From: Eutreptiella sp. 'Long Island Sound 2002'
Lineage: Eukaryota; Protista; Euglenida
Direction of reading: 5' to 3'
Assembly: GCA_964036045.1 (NCBI GenBank)
Contig: OZ038378.1
Span: 168,578,001 to 168,642,000, forward strand
Length of the DNA: 64,000 nucleotides
A program made the translations under genes and the position numbers. How positions within the stretch are numbered: position 1 is the first letter of the stretch; the number at the start of each line of letters is the position of its first letter. The notes beneath the pieces are model-generated. The model was given only the letters and a program-made list of their open reading frames with translations. It had not been told where the DNA came from and searched no databases. Below are positions 36,569 through 48,610 of this stretch, in pieces.

Positions 36569-38780
36569 GTGCCCCAGCATTGCTTTCACGCCACCCATCC
36601 ATTCAGCCAACCTCTGATGGAGTCTGCACAAGGGGCCGAGGTCCCTGGCACCCTTCAGTCCTACTATGGTCTTCTGGGGTGCCTGGGTCTCTCTGGAGCT
36701 CTGATCTGATTTTCGAGCGAGGGGGCATCTGCTTCCAAAACACCGTTCCACTCCCATTCGGTTCAAAGAGCAACCCAATTATTTTTTTTCTGCGAAAACA
36801 CTAATGGAAGTTTCGTTGGGCTCATGAATTGCCTCCATGTGTCGACATTTTATGTGGTGGGTGGTATTGGCTTTAAGTGTGGTGTGGGTTGCATGCTGTA
36901 GCTCAGTGCCCCCCCCCCCCACCACACACACATTTCCCTGAGATCCGGTACCTTCCTTTATGCTCCTCTTCTCGGTCGGCCCAAAGTTTAGCCACCCCCT
37001 CGTGGCTGACTGTGGGGTTTCAAGAGCTCTGGCTTAAGCTGATTCAAGTGCCACTGATGGACCCATGTGGTTGTGAAGGGTTGTACTGGCCATTGAGGAG
37101 GTACTTCACTTCCAATATGGACGCCACAATTTTTCTCTTACCACTTGGCGGTTTCACTGGGCACAATTATGGCGCACATGAGCTTAAGCCAGCGCAAGTG
37201 CCCATACCTGGTACCCACAAGACACTGGAAAAAAAACGTGATCCAAGCTGTTTCACACAACGGAGATCCAACCTACTAGTTGTTTGGATCGGCGTGGAAC
37301 AACTTTGTGGCAATCAGTTGGACCATTGTGTTACCCAGCTGGGATTGCATGATCATGTTGGAGATCCATTGCGTGAACCACCTTGGATCTGCATTGTGTG
37401 AATGGTCCCACATTTGTTGCAAACAGAAAAGGCCCTGGTGAGAAGTATCCGGTGCCCAAGCACAAGAAGTTTAAGACCCGCACTTCAGAAGAAGGCCAAG
37501 GCAGGGCCTTGGGGTGGCTCTCCAGTGTGTCACGGCATGTGTCATGGTTCACCATTGGAGTGTATTCAATGTATTGCGCAGCAACAATCTGTCCGTTTCC
37601 ATGGACCCAGAGCCAATTCACAAAATACCCGAAAGCAACTCTCTTGATGTGTACACTGCATCGAATTCCCGCATATTACCCCTGTTCATTGTTCTCTGCA
37701 AATCGCTACTGCCCACAGCCGATTGACCTTGCCTATGCGGCAAGACATCTCCTGCTGTGTGCCAACTGTGCCCCCACTGGCCCCCGCACACAGCACGGTG
37801 TGTTTACCGCATCAAGGACGTTGTGCAGCTTAAGCAGCTTGTGCACCCGCAGCACATTCTTGATACAGTGCTGTATGCAGACAACGCTCTGTAAAGCATA
37901 AATGCAGTAGATTCTCTCTCTGACAGTGTGTTTCGTTTCTCACACCAATTTGCATCGTCTTTCATTCCCGCTGCTTTTTGAATGTATGTGCCTTTGAGTA
38001 GTTGCAATCCAGTAGCTCTTGGTAGGTGGCTGCATTGAACAAAGGTTAGTGTTGCAACCGTTCCACTTGCACCTTTGCTGAGCTCAACTTGACTAGGTCT
38101 TACCCCACCTTGTACCCCTGCCCATACGGATGCTATGCACAATGAAAGAGATGTGTTTTGGGACCAGCAACTTTTCTTTGTACCCCCTTCCCCGCAAGGG
38201 AGTGACCCCTCCCCAAGACCGTCCTAACACTGTGCCCAACCAACCCCACCCAAGAAGGCCCAACTCTACCCCTCAACAAGGCTAGCCTGCCACTACAACT
38301 GCATCCCAAGGAATCCAGCCCGCCTCTACCGCTGCATATCCTTATCCGGTCCAATTTCCAGGCCCCTTTCAGGGCGGCGCGTCCCCATCAAAAGGCTCAC
38401 AGGCTCGTACAGCTCTGCCGGCCCTCTTTTGGTAAAGCACCTTGCTCCAACAAGTGGGATGTGCCTGATGCAAGACAACATCTTCGTGCCACCGGTGTGG
38501 ACTTAAGAAGTCCCTTGCGCTGGAGCGCAAATGCTGTTAGATGGGCAGGCGGGACAGCTTTTTTGAGGTTGGTCTTCTTCCAGAAAGGTGTCTCTCGCGC
38601 ACGCGCTTATTGTTCCGAATCAGTGGTTGGCAGGAGGTCACTGCAGAGTTTGGGTCGGGCCTCCTGCAACCCACTGCCATCTCGGCCACCCCTGCGGAGC
38701 AAGGCGCGATAGTGGGGCCCGGCACGGCCTGCCTTTTGTTTGGGCGGGGTTTATTCCGGCGCCATCGCTTTCATTTGCAG

Positions 38781-39050
38781 GTGCTGGAACGCTTCCCTGA
38801 GTTCGCGTCCTCCCTTCGCGAAGGCTTCGAGAGCAGGACCTTCAAGAGCAGCCGGAGCTCGGAAGAGCGCCGGTCACGTCGGTCCGTGGCTGGGCATCTG
38901 ATTCACGAGGGTCTCACCGATGACAACCCGTTCGTTCCCAGCTTCGGTAGTGCGCCGAGATTACCCGGGGTGGGGAAGTGGGCCGCGTACAGCAGACGTC
39001 CCGACACGCCCCCCTCTCCTATCTCACGGAAGTCATCTCAGCTTTCTTAG
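38781..39050 (+). CDS. K+ channel exon 6 (C-helix and tail)
   Basis: ttgcag acceptor, VLERFPEF C-helix motif, stop TAG at 39048-39050, AATAAA at ~39072. Confidence 0.85.
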   Translation: MLERFPEFASSLREGFESRTFKSSRSSEERRSRRSVAGHLIHEGLTDDNPFVPSFGSAPRLPGVGKWAAYSRRPDTPPSPISRKSSQLS

Positions 39051-42000
39051 CTGTCCTTTCCATAACCCATTAATAAAAGCTCTGGTCAGGCAGTGCCTGT
39101 GCCAATGCTGGGCCAGCACCTGAAGCTTGCACCAGTGCCGATGCAAGTGCTGGTTGCTCATGCGGATTACCCGGTTTCGCTCACTATCAGGGTTGGCCTG
39201 GTGCACCAGCTGCAGCATCGCACTTGCCACCGTAGCAGCGGCAGATTGTCTAGCCGCTTACTTTGCCAGATTGCAGATCTCTGCTTTCTGTTCAGGAAAA
39301 GCTGCGGATTGAACTTCATGTCCTGCGGAGTTCGCGATACTGCATGGGGGTGTACAACGCACACCTTACAGCCCATGCAATTGTAGAACAAAACTAAGTC
39401 TGGGCACATCATAAAACGTTGGATTTCGAGGCTTTAAACTTTTTTACTGAGGCCCAGGCTCAATTTGCTATTTGTTAAATTAGAAGGGTCGCATGAGGTT
39501 GAGGACAGTGAGGGGAATGTCCCTGTCTCGAAGGGTGGTCACCGCCCACAAGCGATGATATTGTGACAACAACCCGCAGAAGCTTCCACCGCAAGCGCAA
39601 AAGGTTTTGTGACGTGAGCTGAGTCGATGTGCAACCCAAATGTATTTTTGATGAGTCCGGTGGACCAGCTTTGAAAAGGTTGACGTCCAACGTGTAACAT
39701 GTCTCCATCGACATCAGCGACTGACTCCATAACCGAACGGTGAACACACGGCAAACATAACCGGAAAGGACTTGGAAGACCTTTGTGCCGCTGGGCGCAG
39801 GTATTTGGCGGACTGCACGTTGGCGTGGGTTGCGTGGTGCACATTTCCAATTGGGCACCGACCTGATGGTGCACGTGCGGACCTGTGCAGATCCGCACAG
39901 CTGCCACGCCGCCACACTGGCCTGCGCTCACCCACTGTGCGACGTCCTGGCAACAGCCAGCAGAAGGCGAGACGCTTCCGCCTGGGGCAAGTATGAAACC
40001 TGCGCGCTTCGTTCTCGACATAGAGCCAAAACGTGCAGCCACAGCATGACAACAAGCGAAGAGATGGAATTGGAGAGTAGGCTGTATGATACCGCTTTTA
40101 TGGCTGTCTGTCGGTTGTGGGTACAACAACCCACTTAACTTGGGCCGGGTTGTGCCTTTGCGCGTCGACATTGGAGAGTAGAGCGACACCGACGTCATGG
40201 TTGTCTGTCTGGTGCATTTCTCATAGACATAACAACACACTCGAGTTGTGCGGGGTCGTGTATTCCCACGCGTTTGTGGCATGTCAGACGGTCCTGGTTG
40301 GCTTGCAACCGCTGGCGGTTGGTGGTTGACAAACGATGGTTGGGGGACAATCATCGCCGGTTCGCGGCCGATGGACAGTGAAACCAGAGGGTTGCAGACG
40401 GCTGTGGGAGGTTTGCCACCAGCGCTCGGCTGCATAAGTGAAAGCGGTTGAGGCAACAGCAGTTCATACTTGACGATGCTTCCTAATCCACCCACCGCCG
40501 AACGCTCTCTAAAAGTTGCAGGGGATCATACGGGCTTACGGGTGTGACCCCTTTGGATGGCAATGGCGGCAGCTGAATAACACTAAGCTTTGATAACATT
40601 GTGCAATCGAGGGCTTGCAATTTGGTTCAGCGTTTGTTATTTAATATGGAAATCATTTCATCTGAGCAGACGGCGAAGATTTTATGTTTTTACTCTTGTG
40701 GGCATGCCTGAGCGGATGTGGGGCGCTACCTGCCAGCAGCAGCCTCAATGTGAAGGATGAGAGGCGGGTGGTTGACCAGCTCGACCAATGTTCATGCCTG
40801 AAAGCGCCATAGACAACCCACGCACTCAATCCCTGCACTTCTACAGCCCCAGCCTCCTCAAAATTGTTCCCATGACCGCCTGCCCCTCATCACCCGCTGA
40901 CTTGCACGCGTGATCGCATCTGTTCGTTCGCAGAACTTATGTTTTTGCTGCATGCACCTGACCCTTGCAGTTTGTATAGTGAGTACACGGATTCAGTGCC
41001 GGAAGTCATGATGTGCACGATGTGCGTGTGTGATGTCTGGGGGCATGCTTTCCAGAGATGTGAGGTCCTGGAATTAAAGGTCTGGTCAGCAGACATGACG
41101 TGATGACCACGGGTTTCCGGGGAACCAATAGAAGCTTGAATATCTTGGGCACACTACAACGTTGGGAGAGGACGGCCATATCCAGGGAATGGTATGGCAG
41201 GGGACGGGGTCAGCAGCAGCCTGGTGGACTACTCAGTATCCTGAACGGGGAAGATACACGGACAGCAACAAGCGATGACAGCCAGCCGTGACAGGGTCCA
41301 TCTGCCCTCGAAGCATCGGGTGTCGAGGCCGGGGAAGCGGAGCGAAGACGAAAACCCCGAATTCAGTGATGGGCTCAGCCCCTTGCAATAGGACGGAGGA
41401 CCATCGGGGATGGGGATGGTAGAGATAGTGTGAAGGTGAGACCCGATGTGGTGCAAGGGCGAGGGGGTGCCAAAGGAATCAGATGTGTTGTGGTATGCCC
41501 CACTCCAGAACGAAAATGGGGCGGGTGTCGTTTGTAGACGAACGTTCGGGCAGACGGACATTGCACTGCCATTCCCTCTGCTGGGGGGCCCGGAAATGTG
41601 TGGCCGAGTTCAATCACGCACCACGTGTCTTTTCGGCCTCTGAAGGGATGCGCTTGAGAGGCGAGGGGCGAAAAGAGGTCTCTGAATGAGTAGCAAAAGT
41701 GGTCGCAGGCGGTTGGAACAGCGACTGGAAGGCAATATGTTGCGGTACAAACCGGTCGGAGGGCCATTGGGGTCGGGCAGGAGCAGTTGGCAGGGCTGAT
41801 TGTCACCCCAAAGAGGGCGGGGGAGAGGTACCCCTCCCCTCTTTCAAGCGCAAACCGCCGCCCCACCCTGGGGAAGTTGAGGCGGTACATGCCTGCAAAT
41901 CAACCCCCCCCCCCTTTTTCATGCCCAACGAACAGTTGATGTTCGGACCTTATTTCTTTGATTGGGTCCTGAGTTTTGAGGTACAAGATTTAGTCTGAAG

Positions 42001-43017
42001 GATCGCATAAAGCAGACGGTGGTGTGAATTGTCTTGCGCTGATGAATGTAGAGATGGTGATCTTATGTGTGAGGCAACAACATTCCTCAACTATAACCTT
42101 GCGCACAAGGATTGATCCTCTACTTGCACCTGGCCAGAAGGCGTTGTACCAGCGGCACCATGCTGTTGACCTTGCTGACACACATAATGAACACTCTGTC
42201 CAATGGACACTTGATGTTCGGACCGTATGTTTTTTTAGGATTTTGGTGTTTGCTGGACATGGGGGCAGGGGATAAGAATGAAACACAGCCACCTGTCGTC
42301 ATGCATTATGACCCATAATCCAAGCGTCTGTGAGGTCAGATGAGATGGTTTCAGTCATCTCGAGCCTTCGTGGTAATTGTGAGCAGGCGGAAGTGCAATA
42401 ACCAGCGACATGTCTGCAGATCACCCATTCCATGCCATTACCAACTGGAGCGAACGAATAGCCCCTCTCGGTAGGTGTGGCTCAGAAGATTGGGGTGTTT
42501 TTGGGTTCGAAAGGTTGGGGCGGGAGCGGACCTCCATGCAGGTGTGGAGCCCCAGAGACGTGGTGCTTTGTGGACAGGTCGGCGGAGAGTTGGCGTGCCC
42601 CATTTTGAGGGTTCCCAATGGAATCGGAGCCGGAAATAAAGTCAGCGCCTCACAGGCGCTTGGGGTGTCAGAGGGCTACTGTTGTGCACGCGTGAGGGAC
42701 GGGTGAAGGAGTTCACTGGGAGCTTGTAGTGTACCGCACTGAGGCAGACATCCTTATGCAGGTGAACAACGACAACCAGATGATCGGGGTTGTGCACATG
42801 AGGCAGACCAGCGATTTAGCAGGAGACGCTTCTGTTGAATTAGTAGCCACCTCCCACATCCCACATCCGTGCGAAATGCCTTGATATCACAGATCGTCGA
42901 CTGTGAGACAAGAAGGTATCTGGCATCCTGGCCTGATGCGAAACATGTAATACCTCTCGGTCCCACCGCCGACCGCAAAACCAGATCAGGCGGCGCCAGC
43001 AGCTGGTTCTCAACCAC

Positions 43018-43716
43018 CCAATACATTTCCAGGTCAGAGAGCACCAGATAGTGGAACTTTGCACGCGGTTGTGTGTGCTGATTGTGGCCGGTCATCAAGA
43101 CCCGAAACCGATTGTAAACCGATTGCAATTCTCAATCGACCAGGTGTGTACACTTCCGCGGGCCGGCGGTAACATCTTGTCGTCCTCATGGCGTTTCAAG
43201 GAACATCGAATTGTTCTTGCACGGATAGCAGTGTGCTATTGGCAGAGCAGCTTGCCCTTGGTAGCTAGGAATGCCTCTTCTGCTATTATCATCCATGCAA
43301 TAGCAAAAGAGGTGTTCTTCCAGAGCCCCAGCAGAACTTGCCGTGCTGCCGCTATCTATGTCTGTCTATGGGGGTAGCAAGAGTGATGCGTGTATTCCAC
43401 TGGTGGTCCACGTCGTCTCGTCGTTACTGCCTTGAAACTGCCAATTCGCCAGTGCGTGGCAAGGGTTGATGACGCAGTTCTCAAGTGTGCACGGGGTGGG
43501 GCACACAACGTGACGTACCCTACGATAGACAGTGATCCAGGAATGCGGTGCTGACCGCGTCATGACCGTATTGTGCTTCCTGCTGATGTAATTGTTGGTC
43601 ACATCGTGGTTTGCCAGCCCATACTCACGACCGTATGCCACGACTGTAACGAGCCCCAGGTCCGCAGGGGTTTGGTAGATCTCTGTGCCGTAGTTGCACC
43701 CGATCCAATCCAACAG
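43018..43716 (-). pseudogene. Disrupted HECTD1-like galactose-binding (SUN/F5-8-type) domain
   Basis: LLDWIGCNYGTEIYQTPADLGLVTV...SWITV...HALANWQFQGSNDETTWTT, a ~202-nt insert, LKRHEDDKMLPPARGSVHTWSI, a frameshift, then YNRFRVLMTGHN...HYLVLSDLEMY. Colinear with recalled HECTD1 motifs (YWIGTN..NPA.GLV, ALRNW.FQ.S.DG..WT, HYLSLSGFELYG). Confidence 0.65.
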
Positions 43717-44038
43717 TGTGGCAGACAACATATTGGACAGTGTTGCTGAAAAAAAACCCCAAAACATTGATGGCCAAAAAGAAGGTAGCAAGCGCTTGCC
43801 GTCCAACATGCAAAGCTATCATGATGTTTGCTGCCTTTGAGTTGGTATCCGTGTTCTGCTGCTAGTGGTAGTTCTGGTCATCTCGCAAGCAGCAGTGCGG
43901 GTGCTGGTGGAGCATCATGGTGGGTGCCAGTGATTAGGGAGCTCCTGCTCCTACTCCTACTCCTGCTCCTACTCCTGCTCCTGTTGCCCTTTGTGATTCC
44001 TGCCCTTAACTAGACTTCCTGAATGAGCGATTCCCTTC

Positions 44039-45100
44039 ATGGTCGATAACACGTTGGTGGTGGCCCAACATGGCCTTGCAGATGACCTTCTTGTGGCCTG
44101 GTTCACGGAACACGTGTGTGAAGTTGCCGGCTGCCGCAGCCTGTTGAATGACGCGCAGTCTGCACGCAGCGCCGGTGACGCACGGCTCGTTGAACTGATG
44201 TTGGAGAATGAGCTTGAGATCGCAGTGGCTCGTTTTACACGGGCGTTTCCTGATGCAGCGGTCCGTCGTGCAGCCGCTGCCGATTTTGCGGCCGCCCCGG
44301 CGGGCGATGATGTGGTCATCCGGCTGCAGCTTGGTGCGGCGCCCGGGATGCCAGCAGCCGTGACCCTGCGCCCGGGCGTGGGTCGCGGTACCGGAGCCAA
44401 GCTGTGGACCGGAGGCATCCTGCTGGCGGAGTGGCTGGCGCGTGGGGCCGGGGGCTTGTGTGCAACCGCGGATGCGAGGCAGTGTGCGCCCGTCAAGCTC
44501 CAGGGGATGGATGTCCTGGAGCTGGGGGCTGGGTGCACGGCGCTCCCTGCGATCGTGGCTGCCAGGCGCGGGGCACGAAGTGTGGTCTCCACGGACTTGC
44601 ATGCGGATCTGGTGCGGGCCATGGAGGCCAACCTCGCGCGGAACGGGGTGCTTGCGACGCCGTGCAGCGCCCGGGCGCGGGGTGTCGCAGAGGCGCGGGT
44701 TCTGGACTGGCTGACGGTGGGCCGCGCCGCGCACACCCCCGACGGACAGTTCGATGTGATCCTTTTTGCCGATGGCATCTACACAGAGCGGGGGGCCTTT
44801 CTGCTCGCAGACGCGGTGAAGGCGTTGCTGCGGCCCGGGGGGTGTGTCGTGGGCGCGCTGCCGGACCTGCGCGTGGGCGTGAGGTCCTTTGAAGCGGACC
44901 TGCGCGCGTGCGGTTTCGCGGCTGCCGAGGCAGTGCTGGACCGCGCCCTACTCGATGCGACCACACGAGCGCACCGCGAGTACAAGTCTGCGGACGTCAT
45001 TGTCGGCGAGTCGGCAGAGGGCTATCGTATTGTTGTGTGGCGGCAAGATGCCTCTGAAGAGGGGTGCCCAGACCGCGCGCCAAAGGAGGCCACGAGATGA
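44039..45100 (+). CDS. Seven-beta-strand protein-lysine methyltransferase (Methyltransf_16 / METTL21-like), intronless, 353 aa
   Basis: GTGAKLWTGGILLAEWL, VLELGAGC..LPAIVAA, VVSTD, VLDW and FDVILFADGIY motifs. A (CTCCTR)n pyrimidine tract + TAG lies 25 nt upstream of the ATG. Confidence 0.92.
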   Translation: MVDNTLVVAQHGLADDLLVAWFTEHVCEVAGCRSLLNDAQSARSAGDARLVELMLENELEIAVARFTRAFPDAAVRRAAAADFAAAPAGDDVVIRLQLGAAPGMPAAVTLRPGVGRGTGAKLWTGGILLAEWLARGAGGLCATADARQCAPVKLQGMDVLELGAGCTALPAIVAARRGARSVVSTDLHADLVRAMEANLARNGVLATPCSARARGVAEARVLDWLTVGRAAHTPDGQFDVILFADGIYTERGAFLLADAVKALLRPGGCVVGALPDLRVGVRSFEADLRACGFAAAEAVLDRALLDATTRAHREYKSADVIVGESAEGYRIVVWRQDASEEGCPDRAPKEATR

Positions 45101-46311
45101 GGGATAAACGAAACCTGTTGCTCGGCGCTCAGATGCAGATGGGGTACAGTAAGGAGTAGCACAGATGTAGTCGGGGGATCCTACTGCATTTCCTGCCATC
45201 AGATTCGGCTTATCCTCACTTCGCTACCGCATCGCCTCGTGGGACAATGGTAGTATTGGATAGCTCTGATTCTTGATTCCGAGAGATATCGCGAGTGCCT
45301 TCTCATGAGCGGGCTTCGCCAGCTCGCCGTGCCTGGAACCCCCCGAAAAAAACAAGTTGTACAGATGTTGTTGGGGGGGGTAGTGCAGCTGAAGTGTAGA
45401 TGTAGTGCATGTGTTCTGGTGCGTGGTGTGGCGCAGTTCTAAGCAAGTGGGGGAAAAGACCAGCGGAACATTTCAATCCCGTCCCATTGTCCCAGGCCCC
45501 TTTTTGTCTTGTGCCCAAGACAAGTACTGTTCCTAAAATCACTTCATTGACAACCGACGCGGCGCAACTCATCGACGAAAAAAAGCTGCAAGGCACAGCG
45601 GTGGTGACAACACATGGGGAATTCCTACCCCTGCCTGTTGTGACATTCCTGTGGCCTCTGCCCCTAAACATTAACTGTGATGTGCAAAATTTAAGGCTCC
45701 CTAAAAACCCCCTACAAATGCACAACAAGACAACAAATCCCTTGGTGGCTACTTACTCATCTCCTTCATGGCTACCATGGCCAGTTTTCTGTCATTGCAA
45801 CAGGCCGTGGCACCAGTGGGCTGCCCGGCACTTTGTTGTGTGGGGTCAGTAGGGAGGTTGGTAGGGTTTGGGGCTAGCTTTGTTTTGCGGTCAGTCGGGG
45901 GATTAGTCTTGGGGTTAGTCGGGGGGTAGTCTTGGGGTTAGTCGGGGGGTTAGACTTGGGGTCAGCTTGGCCTTGAGCTTTGGTTTTGGGCTCCAGCCAT
46001 GCCATCGCACAGATTTGTAGTCAGGGTGTTTGAGGAGTTCTGCCATGAATCTTTCAGTGGTCTGGACCCTGGGCTTCGGACTGGGGCATGTCGACTCATG
46101 GCCATGGCGGGTCCCTGGTCTCACCAGAAGTTATTGGCATCGCCCCCTCCCCCTGAGTCCTCCCCCCCCTTCAGTCGACACCGCCGCACGGTGGAACAAC
46201 CCTGAGCGCCGGAGCCGCATGGTCTCCACACTGCGCTGCCCAGCCAAGCGGATGCAGCTGCTACATCTCAAGTGCCCCGGTCACACGACCCTTGGGTACC
46301 TTCCGTGTAGG

Positions 46312-46440
46312 GTGGCAGAGGGTTGGGAGATGGTGAAAGAGGGTTGGGAGATGGTGAGAGAGGGTTGGGAGATGGTGAGAGAGGGTTGGGAGAGGATGGG
46401 TGACAGTTGGGAGAGGGTTGGAGAGGGTTGGAAGATGGGG
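46312..46440. repeat. 21-bp tandem repeat (gagagggttgggagatggtga), ~6 degenerate copies
   Basis: Direct reading. Confidence 0.88.
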
Positions 46441-48164
46441 GCCAGTCCCAGAGTTCTGGAAACCCGTGGTAGGGGGGAGATGGCCGTCCGGACCGTAACG
46501 CCCCCGACCTGTCGAGAGGCCTACACCATCATGCTTCCCCACAATTCATTCCACGAACCCGACGCATTCTGCGGCACCTCGGTCGGTCGCCGAGGCAAGG
46601 CCCAGAGGACGCGGAGCTTCTCCTTCGCATCTAGGGCCCCTTGCACAGTGCTGTGATGCACCTGGGGCGGATTGTTGGACTCCGCCAGTGACTCTTTGAG
46701 CTTGAGGAGGCGATTCAAACGCTTCCTCAACTTCAAGGGGTCGAAAGCGACGTACCCTGGCAGGACCCGGCGGACCAGATCCCCGTCCCTGGGGTGCATT
46801 GTCGACCACAGGTACTCCACCCAAGGCCCCCGGGCCGCTACCCTGGGACATGTTGGGGCACAAAGGCCTTACAGTTGTAAGACCCTATGACCGTGGCAGT
46901 GAGGCACAATCCTTTGGGGGTAAGCACCAGCCCCATGGAGGTGACCGCGATGATCAGCCCGTGCTGCCTCTGGAACAAGTGCATTAATACGGCCAATGCC
47001 CATTGCACAACACCATTGGCAGACCACTTGATGCAAGCAGAGCAACTATGTAGGCTAATGGTTATTGGCTCTTCTTCGGTCCTCGTGTGTGGCCAAATTA
47101 CACTGGGCATGGGAATGCAAAGGGGTTTGTGCACCCGAAGCGAGACAACCCTTTGTTGTCACATATACACACTTGAGTCGGTGAGTTTCCTTCCTGTGTG
47201 AGCACCATACAGGACCTGTGTGAGCACCATGCACAGTTATAAGAACGTATCTGTCGCATCCGCTACTTACATCGCCTGAGAAAACAGGGGGCCTTGCCCT
47301 TCAACTCACAGGTACATGTCCCCTTTTCAGTCCCCACAGGTAGGTGTCCAACCGGAGGCTTCTTGGCAAGTTGTGCTATTGTGCTATCGTGGGCAACAAC
47401 ATTCAAGTGGGGATGCATAGATGACGGCCAATGGCGCAATAATGGTCATATGAGGAGCGTGACTGCTGCAGGAGAACTCGCACCAGTGGTGATGCCACAG
47501 TCCACAAGGAAAGTTTGAACATCCCCGCCGTAAGATGATGGCCACAAATAGCACCACATTCAAGAACACCTACATAGGCAACTGTGGTGGTCATAGGGGG
47601 TGGTCACGAACGTGAAGTTGAATGGCCACAAACAAGCGGGTCGCGGTCTTTGTAAATCGTTGTGATGGGGTAGTGTCGACTTTTCAGTGGGGCTTAATCG
47701 CCTAGAAAGTGAGCCACCCTTCTTTGGCGGCGCACAACTCCTTGCATGGCTTCCATCCTGACACGTTGGCTTTACCACACTTTTGGTTTGGGGGATTGCA
47801 TCAAGCGCTGGTGCACAAGGGGTGGGATGTCCACCCCGGGCTGCACGAGGGCCACAAGATGGCTCGCCACCTGAGGCAGGAACTTATCTTGCCAAATAAA
47901 CCGGTATAGATTCGCCCTTTGCACCCCAGTCCGTGAAAGGAGGTCGCAAAGACTCATGCTGTTGTTGTTTAATCGCCACGTGGTCTGTTTCCAGCACATG
48001 GAAGTCTGTTTCTTTCTGAGCACATGGAAGTCTCTACCTAAGGCCCCGCAGGCATTCAGGGATTGGCATCACGTCGATCAGCCCCATCCTCCCCCATTGC
48101 GCTCTCCGACCCCCTTCTGGCAGGGTCTTTCTGTCATGCTATGATGACGGGGCGTGGGGGTGTT

Positions 48165-48610
48165 TGGGATGTTGCCCCTATTTTGGCTACATGTTGCCCC
48201 CGTTTTGGCGAAATGTTGCCCTTGTTTTGGCTACATGTTGCACCCGGTTTGGCTACATGTTGCCCCCATTTTGGCTACACATTGCCCCCATTTTAGCAGC
48301 ATGTTGCCCCCGTTTTTGGCCACATGTTGCCTCCATAATGGCTACGCGTTGCCCCCGTTTTGGCTACACGTTGCCCCCATAGTGGCTACTTGTTGCCCCC
48401 GTTTTGGCTACATGTTGCCCCCGTTTCGGCTGCATGCTACCCCCGTTTTGGCTATATGTCGCCCCTGTTTTGGCAACATGTTGTCGTTGTTTTGGCTACT
48501 ACATGTTGCTTCCATTTTGGCAACAAGTTGCCCCGTCCCGGCTACATGTTGCCCCGTTTTGGCTACGGGTAGCCCCCGGTTCGGCTACATGTTGGCCCGG
48601 TTTTGGCTAG
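48165..48610. repeat. 22-bp minisatellite (ttttggctacatgttgcccccg), ~20 degenerate copies
   Basis: Direct reading. It explains the overlapping repetitive ORFs in the track. Confidence 0.93.

Noticed and set aside
39539-40495. 318-aa minus-strand ORF
   Set aside because: No recognisable motif, partly built from repeat sequence, no splice support.
43969-44966. Several long minus-strand ORFs
   Set aside because: Antisense shadows of the GC-rich methyltransferase.
45400-48100. Possible gag/protease/RT relics (FLVDCG, FFVDE)
   Set aside because: Spacing does not fit RT motifs. No LTRs or continuous frame.
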